Positions 13,719-27,010 of a stretch of DNA of 64,000 bases are shown one piece after another (within the stretch, counting starts at the first letter, position 1; every line of letters starts with the position of its first letter). The stretch is from Podarcis gaigeae (Eukaryota): assembly GCA_964106915.2 (NCBI GenBank), contig OZ066917.1; one strand, given 5' to 3'. Under the pieces are notes generated by a model, which saw only the letters and a list, made by a program, of their open reading frames with translations, had not been told where the DNA came from and made no database searches. Both the position numbers and the translations under genes were made by a program.

Positions 13719-15381
13719 GAAGGCCACAGTTTTCTCACTCCCATTTTGTTTTATGCAATATCTGTCTTCCCATTGTGCACTCCACTTACACGGGATAAAT
13801 TGGGAGAGGCGAAAGTATCTTTTTTTTGTGACAGTGTCAATGAACAATCATTATTTTTCTAGTTAGAAGTGTAGCCAGGATAGTCTGAATAAAGGCAGGC
13901 TCAGAAAATACTGTGGTATCCTTGAAAATAATTCACCACCACCACTGAAGAAATGTTCCCCTGCAAAATTGCACTGCCTGCAATTCTCCTGAATGACATC
14001 ATACAGGTATAAAATAGTATCACCATCTTCAGAGACTGAATTACAACAACTTAAAGTAGAACAGTAAAATTAAAAGAATGTTTCACATGATGTGCAACCA
14101 ATTTATTATCATGCTTGCAGAAGGGTAATCAAATTTCCTGAGCAAGGTCAGTATTTGGGGAAAGGAAGAAAGGAAATATTTCATCCCCTTGTACCACAAT
14201 TTCAAACCTTCTTTCCCTTTCTCATGCCACTATATCCACCTCATGTCAGTAAAACAGTTGCCCATTCTCTCCTTAACAGGATAAAAGAGTATTCATCGTG
14301 ATGCTGGTGGCTATAACAACCTCAGGGATTCCCTATTGTGATGTCTTGTTTTGTAAGATTAGATTCTCCAAGTGCAAAACAAAAAGGCCTGGTTCACACA
14401 GAACACTAAGACAAGTTAACCATTAGTTGCTCCCTCAGACATTCATGGATTGTTTCTCCAAACTTTGATTTGTTTCCCAGCTGCTCTTGCCTTGTGCCTT
14501 TGTACTTTGGTGAGGTGGAGTAGTTTATGTTTAAGGAACGATGCTGGATTTACATGCAATGCTAAGTCATAGTAAGAATAGCCAAGGTTTGTAAGCAAAC
14601 AGTACATGACTTCCCATTATGCTGGCAGTAAACAAACCATAGGTAAGCTGCTGGAGTGCGTTCAATAAACCTCCATGCTATATTGAACTTCCACAACAAA
14701 TCAGTTTAATCTAAGCAAAATATCACAATATCCTACCTTTCACCTCACACTCTACTTCTGTATTAGAGTGTTATTAGAATTTAAACATTCATGCTGTTGT
14801 TTCTTACTTCTTTGTGCACTTCTACACAGACAATAGAAACCTCCACTTTCCACAGCTCCTTTAGGAGGAAGGGGGGTATAAAATGAAACAATAATAACAA
14901 TGCCTCCTTCTGACCTCTTTGTTACTGCCCTCTACCAATCACCTCCTTAGACAAAAAGCTGAAAGTAACTAGATGACTGTCATTTAAGAGAAGGCTGACA
15001 ATAAAACCATATTAATATACCCAAAGTAAAAACACACAACTGTACTATGTAAATACCTTAAAATCTGAGCCACTCTTTGTTCTCAGAAAGTGGGGTGGGA
15101 CACTATGTTTCTCCTAAACTACAGTACAGAAGGAACAAATCAAGAAAACCCAAACCATTATATAAAAGTTTGGAAACTTCAAGCGACACAGCATGCATTA
15201 TTTTCACTGCTGCCTTGTGTGTTCCTATGGGAGTCTGTTGAGGCAGCATAATAATTTGTGGAGGAAAAGGCACTTTTTATTTGGGAGCCAACTTTAAGCA
15301 ACCTATTTTCTTTGATAGCCAAAGCCCAATATCTTTCCCCAGACTCAGCCAATAAGAATACTGAAGGTGTGGATCACTGTA

Positions 15382-15756
15382 AAGGTAAAGGTAAAGGTAA
15401 AGGTAAAGGTACCCCTGCCCGTACGGGCCAGTCTTGCCAGACTCTGGGGTTGTGCGCCCATCTCACTCAAGAGGCCAGGGGCCAGCGCTGTCCGGAGACA
15501 CTTCCGGGTCACGTGGCCAGCGTGACATCGCTGCTCTGGTGAGCCAGAGCCGCACACGGAAACGCCGTTTACCTTCCCGCTGGTAAGCGGTCCCTATTTA
15601 TCTACTTGCACCTGGGGGTGCTTTCGAACTGCTAGGTTGGCAGGCGCTGGGACCGAGCAGCGGGAGTGCACCCCGCCGCAGGGATTCGAACCGCCGACCT
15701 TTCCATCGGCAAGTCCTAGGCGCTGAGGCTTTAACCCACAGCGCCACCTGCGTCCC
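15382..15756 (-). mobile_element. Full-length young Sauria SINE with a 13-bp target-site duplication
   Basis: Starts GGGACGCAGGTGGCGCTGTGGGTTAAA (A box), has GGTTCGAATCC (B box) and an (ACCTTT)5 tail. TSD GTGGATCACTGTA at 15369-15381 and 15757-15769. Confidence 0.95.
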
Positions 15757-16559
15757 GTGGATCACTGTAGCCCTACCTTAAACCCCTCAATTCTATTCTT
15801 TGTCAGCTGTCTTTGGCTGTCACACTATGTTGCTCCTGCCTTTCCACCAGTGATATGGGACTGAGGAAAACATCTCCTCTGAACTGGGTATTTGTATAGG
15901 GAGAAAACACTGCATTAGCAACAATGCAAATACCATGCCTGATGCAAACTCATTAATGATGACTTTTGTCCCCAGCAGATGTGATTTGCTTTAAAAACAA
16001 AAAACAAAACCCTGCATATTAAATGCAAAGCCACATTTAATATCACATCTAGTTTGGCCCTTATAACTGTGGGGAGTATCAATTCCATAGACAAGTTTTC
16101 CTATCATTGCACTGAATGAAGGCATTTTGGGTCAACTTTATTCATGCCTTAGTAACTTCCATGATCTCTTTCAGCTATTTAGTTTTATCTCATTGATTTC
16201 ATGTGTTGTGTTTGTCTGCCCTCCAGCTCTTCCTCTCCCCCCCCCCAATTTGCTGCTTCTTTTTCTTGTTACTGTGCCTCTATTTTCATAGTTACTGCTC
16301 TTGAAAATCAACCGTAGCCACATTTCAAAATATTCAACATAAATAGTTTCTGTCAAAATTTTATTTTTACTTGTCTTAAATAACATTTTATTTATTTCCA
16401 AGTGTCATAACTAGGCATCGGGCAAACCAAGCATCATAACCAAAGTGGCATTTGAACTGTGTACAATAGATACAATGCATGGATATATCCTCTTTGCACA
16501 CACTAACCTCACAAACTAGAGAGCTGAATCTTGAGAAAGTTACCGGATCAGTTGGCCAT

Positions 16560-17460
16560 ACACTTTTGGCAAAGCCCCTCACCAAAGACTTATGAGTAAA
16601 CTTAGCCATGGGGATAAGAGAACAGGTCCTCTTATAGACTGGAAATGGATTAAAGAACAGGAAGCAGACAGAAGGAATAAATGGATAGTTCTCACAAGGT
16701 AAGGTGTAATAAGTTGGATTCCCCAAGGGTCTATATTGGGTTTAACTTGCTCATTAATGACTTTTAGTTAGGGGTGAGCAGTGAGGTGGATGAGTTTATT
16801 GACAATACTGAATTATTCGGGGGGGACGGGGACAAAAGGGGATTGGAAAGAGCACCAAAAGGTTTTATCCAAACCAGGTAAATGGACAATAACATAGCAA
16901 ACACACATTAATAGAAATATAAACTGACGCACACTGGGACAAAAAATACACTGATGGGATCTGAACTGGCAGTGACTGACTAGGAAAGGAGTCTTGGAGT
17001 TGTGGTAGATAGCTCAGTGAAAATGATAACCAAGCACACAGCTTCTGTGAAAATGGTTAATTCCATATTAGGGATCATTAAAGAAAGGATTAAAAATAAA
17101 ACTGCCTGTATTGCAATGCATTTATACAAATCTATGGTATGATCACACCTCAAATACCATGTACTGTTCTGGTCACCTCATCCTAAACATAATATTGTAG
17201 AACTAGAAAAAGTGAAGGGGGACAGCAGTCGATACTATCAGGAGGCTGGAGCAGTTCCCTTTTGATTAATGGTTGCAACGTTTGGAACTTCTTATTTAAT
17301 TAAGGGGACATATGATAAAGGTGTAGAAATTATTCATGGTGTTGAAGAATGTGGACAAAGGTATGTTTTTCTCCCTGTCACATAGTGCTAGAACTTGGGG
17401 TCATCCAATGAAGCTGGGTAGTGAGAGAAAGTTAAACTATAGAATTCTCTACCATAAAAT
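16560..17460 (+). mobile_element. CR1 LINE ORF2 reverse-transcriptase fragment (frameshifted)
   Basis: Remnants of PHQRL.SKL..HGIR, WLKNRKQ..GING, PQGS.LG, FINDL..GVSSEV..F.D.T.LF and FWSP. Contains many stops and indels. Confidence 0.88.
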
Positions 17461-17772
17461 ATTGTTATCTTGTGCTCTGTAGCATTTGCAGTTCTCTCTA
17501 GTTCTCTAGCACGGCAAACTTGGAGAACGGTTCAGCAAGTGGTCATTCTCATTGATTCCAATGGAAGAGAGCTGGCCGTGTGAGCTCACTTTTCCACTGA
17601 AATAAAGTGCTAACTTTGGCTGGTTTGTATCCTAACTTTCTATACTCTCCATTTCTCCATCAGAGTCAGTAGTGATATGATGACAGCACTAAACTGAAGG
17701 GGCTCCTGTGGAATGCCACCTGTTACTGTTTCTTATTTTGACAGTGATCCAATAAATTACTATTCCTTATAT

Positions 17773-17902
17773 AAGTGCTTTTTTCAGGGGAATTCAAGGG
17801 TACAGAGTACTAGCACCTTGTTGTTGTTGTTAAAAAGTGTGGCACTTATTGTAACAATTTCATGTTGAGTACCAGCATCTATTTTTCTAGGAAAAAACAC
17901 TG
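17773..17902. mobile_element. hAT-type MITE with a perfect 8-bp TSD
   Basis: TIRs AGTGCTTTTTTC / GAAAAAACACTG. CCTTATAT at 17765-17772 and 17903-17910. Confidence 0.85.
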
Positions 17903-18330
17903 CCTTATATTAACTGAAGAAGTCAATATTCCATAAGCTAGCACCTACCTCCTCCCACTGATTATGAATATGAATCCTACTGCATCTTTTGCAACTGAGT
18001 ATGAGTCAAGGTTACAGTCCACTTGATTCTAAATATAAACCTCATAAAATATTTAGACTACTTATATTATCACTAGCAGTAAAAGCATCCTTTAAATTCC
18101 GGAAGCCCAATTAAAAATATTTAAAGGAGAAGCAGGCATTAAAATTTTAAATGCTGCAATATACAAAAGCAGTAACAGCAAGATAAATTAGTTTAGGATA
18201 CACTTCACTGAAGATTTCTTCCATGCTTAGAATAAAACAAAACTGAATACAACAGTTGGATTATACATGATATGGTCCAAGCACAAACTTCCCAGAAAGA
18301 TCTAGAAGAGTTATGAGAGATACAGAGAAA

Positions 18331-18432
18331 GGGGCGATAACTCAGTGGAAGGCCCAAGCCTATCCCTGGCATCTTCACATAGGGCTGGAAAAATGCTCAT
18401 TTGAAACGTGGAAGAGCCACTGCCTGTCAGTC
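18331..18432 (+). mobile_element. Decayed tRNA-derived SINE (same family as 8520)
   Basis: ACTCAGTGGA...TCCCTGGCATCTTCACATAGGGCTGGAAAA...GGAAGAGCCACTGCCTGTCAGT. Confidence 0.6.
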
Positions 18433-19083
18433 TGCATTTATTCCTGTTGTGTCTAAAACACAAGATGGGTGTGTAGCCTTTTCACCATAAGTTGATCAAG
18501 GTAACCAGCACAGCTGCTCTATCCTCTAAAAACTGACCAATAGGGATTTTATTGGATTGGGGTTGGGGCTCACTTATGTTCTTTTTCTGAGAGATCTTAA
18601 AGCACATGTGTCTGTTGCTCTGTTTGCGAAGAGGCAGTTGGTAAGCTGTGGAAGCTGCTCCCTGACATCCCATTCCTGTGTGTGTTAGTGTCTCTTCACA
18701 GGACCAAGTGATAATGTGCAGACTCACAACTAGATCATAATCAAAGAAACATGGGTTGCTGTGTTTCTTTCCTGATATTGTGTTGGCACACAATGCTAAA
18801 GGCAAATGAGCAACCTTTCCTAGAAGTGCAATCCTATATATAGACTTTCCTGGAAGCAATCCACATTTGGCTTACATAGACACCCATAGGACTACCTTGC
18901 AAGATGCACAAAGATTTCAAGTGGACCTGACTCTAGCTCTTCTTTGACTAGAGGCAAGTACAGGCATTGATGGTGATGATTACATAAGGAAATACATGGC
19001 ACTGGTGAAACATTGCTATAGTGCTGGTGATGTGACCCTATGGAGCATAGGAACATGCACTGACCTTTTCATTCCTAGACAGG

Positions 19084-19265
19084 GGTTAAAGTGCTGGACA
19101 GGTTTCAAGTCCCCACTCAGCCATGAAGCTCACTGGGTGACTTTGGGCCACTCACTCTCAGCCTAACCTACCTCACAGAGTTGTTGTCAAGATAAATTGG
19201 GAAGGGTCAGAACCATGTGTGCCACCCTTACCTCCTTGGAGATACATGTAATAAATGAATGAATG
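19084..19265 (+). mobile_element. CORE-type SINE (Squam3/MIR-like)
   Basis: CCCCACTCAGCCATGAAGCTCACTGGGTGACTTTGGGCCA...CAGCCTAACCTACCTCACAG.GTTGTTGT, with an (AATG)n tail. Confidence 0.75.
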
Positions 19266-19809
19266 GAATACCAATAATGGCATACTTTTGCCATACAGAA
19301 ACATTCTTCTTATGAACTGGCCACTAGGGCGATTGTGGAAGAGGTGCAGAAATACAAGGCTTGGACAAACTAGACCCCATCTTGCCACCCGCAAATCATA
19401 TTTAATTCATTTCAGAATAATCCGGCTGGAAATGAATGAGCACAACCCAGAACAACTTTAAGTGCTTATACAGCACTTAAGTGTATAAGCAGTGCTTATA
19501 CAAAACCACAGTGGTTTTGCCACACTTGCAAGGAACAGAACAATGCTTTAGCTGTGGTGGCACTGTTCCTTTATTTTAGTCATAGTCCGGAACATCAATA
19601 AAATCAGGTCACACATTATCTGGGCAGGTTACCAAGGAGGGGGATGGAGCCCTCGAAACACCTAACTTTGATTCAAAGATTTTCAAGTGAAATATTAACA
19701 AAGCACAGATTCATGTGAAGTAGTGATTAACACGCACATTGCTGCATGCAATTACCCTTAACCACGTATTTAATGTGGGCGACACTAGTGTTGATGCACC
19801 TTTTCCTTA

Positions 19810-20055
19810 AAGAACATAAGTTGAGCCTGGTGGATCAGGCCAATGCCTATTTGGCACGGCATCCTGTCGTCACAGTGGCTGGCTGGATGCCTGTGTACAG
19901 CCACACTTGGCCACCTGCAGTTTCCAGCATCTGGTATTCAGAGTCCTAATGCCTATGACAGTGGACAAAGAATAGAATACAGTAATGGCTAGTAACTGCT
20001 GATAGCCTTGTTCTCAATGAATTTGTCTAATCCTCTTTTAAAGTCGCTCATGTTT
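19810..20055 (-). mobile_element. CR1 3' end
   Basis: AAGAACATAAG...GGATCAGGCCAA...ATGAATTTGTCTAATCCTCTTTTAAAG, the reverse of the element at 13450. Confidence 0.75.
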
Positions 20056-20482
20056 GTCCATGACTTTGCCATCTGTCTAGGGCTATGTGGCTGACAGGGA
20101 GGTGCTTCTTGTGGTCGCTTCAATGGGCTTAGTCCACCACATGGTGGTGCATGACAGGGCTTTCTCTGGTGTGGCCCCTGACTTTAGAAGTCCCCTCCTC
20201 TGGAAGTCCAAATAATGGAGACTCTTATGGGCTTCTGCTGGCAGGTAAAGATAACATGGGCTTTTGGAGCTAACCAGCAACCACTAGTTACCCTATTACT
20301 ATAACCATTCATGCTTTATGCTGTTACCCTATTACTATTTTGTTAAATGCATTGTTTCAACTTTGTTTTTATTTTTTTGCTTATTTTGTGTGTATGTGCA
20401 TGTGAATTGATGGAAACCACTCTGAGATCACATTGAAGTGATGAAGGGCAGTCTACAAATCTGTAGAAATTAATAAACAATA

Positions 20483-20710
20483 CAGTGGTACTTCTGGTTA
20501 TGAACGCTTCAGGTTATGAGCTCCGCTAACCCGGAAGTAGCTGCTCCTGGTTGCGAACTTTGCCCCAGGATGTGAGCGGAGGTTGCGCACCAGAGGTGTG
20601 CACATGCAGCAGGAAGCCCCATTAGTGAAAGGGTGCCTCAGGATAAGAACGGTTTCAGCTTAAGAACAGACCTCCAGAACAAATTAAGTTCGTAACCAGA
20701 GGCACCACTA
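20483..20710. mobile_element. Tc1/mariner (Tigger-like) MITE
   Basis: TA|CAGTGGTACTTCTGGTTATGAAC ... GTTCGTAACCAGAGGCACCACTA|TA: about 23-bp TIRs and a TA target-site duplication. Confidence 0.88.
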
Positions 20711-20921
20711 TACTATACAAACCATTGAACTGGATAAGGATTTCTGAATTGGAAGTGTCAGAAATGTTGATGTGCTTGCTTTTTAAAATCTGATTTTGCA
20801 CATTTTCTATCTAATTCCTCAAAGTAACTACTATCTATTTAGTGGTATGGCTGCTGGTGAGAACCATTTAGACACCCCCCAGTTGCTGCATGCCTTGCCA
20901 GCAGAGAAGAAAAGATTTAGA

Positions 20922-21052
20922 AGAATCATAGAATCGTAGAATTGGAAGGGACCGTGAGGGTCATCTAAGTCCACCCCTGCAATACAGGAATACGCAGGTG
21001 GCCCTTAAGGGGATTCAACCTGCAACCTTGGTGTTATCAGCACCACACTCTA
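20922..21052 (-). mobile_element. Short SINE with a tRNA-Ile-like head and CR1 3' tail
   Basis: The minus strand reads TAGAGTGTGGTGCTGATAACACCAAGGTTGCAGGTTGAATCCCC, then TTCCTGTATTGCAGGGG...GGTCCCTTCCAATTCTACGATTCTATGATTCT. Confidence 0.7.
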
Positions 21053-24000
21053 TGTAGATTAGCCTTCCTGGATTGCAGAGGAAGCATCTTGAACTTGTAG
21101 AAACAGTTCAAAATGGGGAGGGGTTCCACCACAGATGCAAGGATGCTGTAAAGATTTGCATTCTTATACAATATATCCCAATTACTCCTTTGAGGAAAAG
21201 AGGGTACATTCTGGAAAGCTTTAAAATAAAGCCTTCTTTAAAATCCATCTTCTAGTTACGTTTCAGAGTAAGACATGAATTTGCCTTTTATAAAGCTTGT
21301 TGGCCATGGCGTCTGTAAAACTTTTTATGTTAACAATTGCTTTTTCCATTCTGCTTAGCTATTATTTTTCAGTTTTAAGAAAACATTTCCAGGAAGGCAG
21401 GGAAGAACAGTGTGTTGTGACTATCAGTCTTGCTGAGCTATTTGCAAATATCCATCACTATCAACTCAGTTAAAGCCATGATCTACATATTCCCAGGAGG
21501 AAGCTGCTTTTGAGCTGTCAATTCCACTTGGAACAGCTGCTCTCATGCAAAATAAGCAGACACACAAACTATGACTGTTAAAACATAGGTTAGTTAGTAG
21601 ATAATAGATTTAAAATGGGATATTGCAATATTTCGGTAAAGCTAGATCTCACTTCATTTCCTCATCCAAAACAAAGAACAAACCCCCAGAAGCTATCAAT
21701 TCAACTTTATCTTTTAAAATAACAATTCGATTGGGCTGAATTTTGAATCCCCAATATTCTAAATGCAATGTGAAAATAAAGAAGTAATTAATTTGCATTA
21801 CATTTTTAACAATACATTGAAAGATCCTAGATGAAACTAGTAAGTATTTAGTCCTATGGATTCCCAAAAGTTATAAGGAACACATTTGAATGCTGTTGTA
21901 TAAACATTATGATACATGTTTCACCAGAGAGAACAATAATATCCTGTAAAGAAGAAAGCTTTATAATGTTTGTTTATGTTTTTATCAGTGTAATATTATT
22001 TTGATGATTCAGACTCCCAAAACGCTTTTTTTTGTATAAATGCATATGTATGTGCTTAAGTGAAAATACACATTGTCTAAAAATACCATATCTCAAAGTG
22101 CCACTTAATTTTGCCAATGCTACAAAGGTAGTATGTCTGATCTGTAATAAACAACATAGTATGTCAAGCATAATTCAGCATCATACAATTATACAGCAAA
22201 GGTTTTGAAAACCTAATGCAGTGTGCCATACATGTGGGCTACATTCTTCACACGTTAAATGCTATAAGAAAATACAGTATGCATGCACTTACACATAGCT
22301 CTGATGTAAGAATAAGCCATGTTGCTATTTTAAATGGCCTAAGCTACATCAAAACAACAATGTAAGACTTCCAAGCTATGACTCTTCACAATTTTACTAC
22401 CATGTAGTTCCAGAGAAATCAACAGGGCTGTCCGGGAGTCTGGGATCTTAGCTGAAATCTACCGACTAATTTTAAAATGCCATGATCAAAACATGCATTT
22501 TTTTATCAAATCATCTGCACAGATGGGGAAAAACTGAATGTCTAGTTTATTATCAGGCAAATTTAATATGGCTGGATGCCTCCTGAAATATTTAAAATAT
22601 ACACACAGCCCTCTCTCCCACTTCGGTATTAGCAGTGTTAGCAGAAACATGCTGATGCTCAGTTAGTGTTACAGCTATATAGCACATTATATAGTTAACA
22701 AGGGATATGCTGGCCGTTAGCAAAACTGGACAAAGAGACTGTTTTCTGGTAATTGCTCAGAGGATGTTCCTTGCTGCAGATACAACCAAATGTGCCCTCT
22801 CTGAGAGCAGTCAGGACCTAAAGTCTAATTAAGACAAAGGTTTTTAATTAAACCCTGGATATGCTTTAGCAGGCTCCGGTGTGTGGCTGCCCTTGATTGT
22901 GCCACTTGAGGTGCTCTCCTTCAAGGGACAATGAAGCAAATGTTTTAAGACGGTAGGGGGAGATGCCTTGTGCCTCGGGCTCCTTCTGTTTCTCCAGTGA
23001 CAATGCTCTTTGCCCTGGTGTCATAATTAAAAAGTCTTCCTAAAGGAAGCTCTTTCTGCTTATTTCCAGTATATCCCAGTTATTTTAACCTTAAAAGCCT
23101 TGCCTGCAATGAGACAGAATAGGGATACTTTGTTTTACATTTTTAAAGAATTTTCAAAGAAACAAAGGCATGTAGAAGAAAAAAGGCTAAGTTCTTAACA
23201 ACAAAGGGCTATTGTGAATGTAGAACAAATCACACTATAGACTTAGGACCCCATCCATTACTCACTCAATGCAATGAGGGCCTTTTGCCAGCTTGTGCAC
23301 AGAATTTGTTTGTATCAAAGGACAAACATTTGTGCATATGCATGTCTGTGTAAACAGTGCACATTCTCATATTTCAGGAAAGCTTTCAAAGCTTGACTCT
23401 AGACCCAGATACAATTAAAGGAAAGGTCTTGCTTAAAATAGCCTCAGTAGTCATTCCCAGCAGCTTGTAAAACATAGAAAACTATTTTAAACAAACCCAA
23501 AAAAAAAAAATCAGTAAAGCTTAGTCTATGACTTCATAGAATAGGAGAGCCTTGAAATTTCCTGAAGGAGCAGGAAGGCATTCAGGAAGGCACAACAACA
23601 AATACCTGCTCTTCCCATTCATTTATTGTTCAAAAATGCAATGACAAGCCTTCAGATCACATGCAACCCATTCCTCTCACTCACACTTCTATAGGAAAAA
23701 TCTAAAAAGGGAGATGTCTGTCAGATGCAAATAGAGAGTGCTTAGCAGTCCTCTAATGCTGATCTGTGCACTATTTAACCTTCCTAATCCCTCATACTTT
23801 GGAAGGTAAGGAAATAAAGTAAAACCAGCTGAACTGAAACTTGGTCCCCCACTCCCCACCTCCACCCTATTCATCTGAAAAGTCTTTATGCAATCAAGGG
23901 ATATCATTTTAGAAGACAGAGAAAGGGGCAAAAGGATTCCTGTTGCTAAGGAGACACATCAAGTCAAAGCTGACATTCCTACATAAATTTCAGGGGGTGG

Positions 24001-25479
24001 GGTGGGAGGGGAGAAGAGATTTTTTTAAAATACAGCTCTGTTACAAAGTTTGTTTAGACTCCCTGGTAACAGCGCAAAGAAGCAATTCTTTAAAAAATCA
24101 AATCAAAATGATTTACTTTACATGACACAATTGACAGCAAACCTCACCCAACACCAAATCTTACTTGACGGAGTGATAAAAAGTACAAAATAAAAGAAAG
24201 GACCTCTGCTGCAGTTTTGAAGCAAAGATATCCAAGAATATTTTTAAGAATTTTCAAAGAAACAAAGGCATATAGCAAAATACATAGCAGGCAATCAAAC
24301 CAATAGGAAACCAATCTCTTATTGCACAATTTCTTAAAACACAAGGGTAATACATGATTCAAAATCAGATTTAGGGCTTAGTAAGTGAAGGCTACAGTTT
24401 AACTTGTAGATGTTCCCAATAGAGATTATAGAAGCAGCTGTGATACAGTGGAAGCAACTCTCACAAAAAGGATTTTTGCAGACTGAGCAAGCCACTTGAT
24501 ATGGGGATGGAGGGATGATTTTGAAACAATCTTGCTCATTTCAAGGGGCAATTTTTCCATTAGGGGGAGATATTATTTTGCTTACTGAAAGAAAAAAATG
24601 AAACAGGATAAATGCCAGTAAGGCCAACAAGATACGGTACATGGGGGAGGGGGGGAAGAGGCTGAGAGACAAAGCTGCATATGTTGCCTAGTGAAAGTTC
24701 TCATCAGTGACAGAGAAGGAGGAGAGCATAGGAATAACAGAAAAGGGAAAGTGTCAGAATACAGTGACAGGAGAGTGTTGCTTCTTATGTTGGCTACAGA
24801 TTCAATGAACTGAAAGCCACAACTTTTTTTGTCAGCTTCAGCTTGGGAACTGGGTATAGGGTAAAATACTGATTTGAAGTTAAAAACAACAGCAAGATAA
24901 TCCACAAACCACCTTCACAACACAACATGCAGGATTGAGGCTCTTTTCATGAACGAAATCCGCCAATTCATTAAAAACAACAACAGGGTATCCCATGATG
25001 TAAATGCTTTGAAAAAGCTAGCCCTGTTTTCTAGCCCTTGCTGTATCCTGACGTCCAAGACAAGAGAAAAGGAGTGCATAATGCTGTATGTGTGTAGATG
25101 TAAATCCTTAACTGCCTGCTTCACAGACGCATCATTTACACATATTGCTTCTCTGTCTACATGGGGCTATGAGGAGGGGGGACAGCTGGGGAAATAAGCA
25201 GGCAGACATAAAGAATAAATTCAGCATAAGAAAGAGGGAAAGGTAGAGGATTGGAACTTGGAATGGCAGACTTGAGACTGCAGCTCATGGGGTGCTGGGA
25301 AGGAAGGGCATTGGGGGCATGTATGATGGATTGATCACAACTAAAGCAGAATGTGGCATTTGGATTTGGGCAATGAGAAAGACTACTGGGGAGGATCTGA
25401 GATGAGGTGGGAGGAAAAAAGGAGTAGGTTCAAATTAGGATGCAGGGATGGGTGTGCTGTGGTGTGAAGTCAGGTGGGA

Positions 25480-27010
<1,531 letters not shown>

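Noticed and set aside
20995-21052. Functional tRNA-Ile gene
   Set aside because: The 5' acceptor stem and part of the A box are missing, the B box is mutated and it is fused to a CR1 tail, so it is a SINE head.
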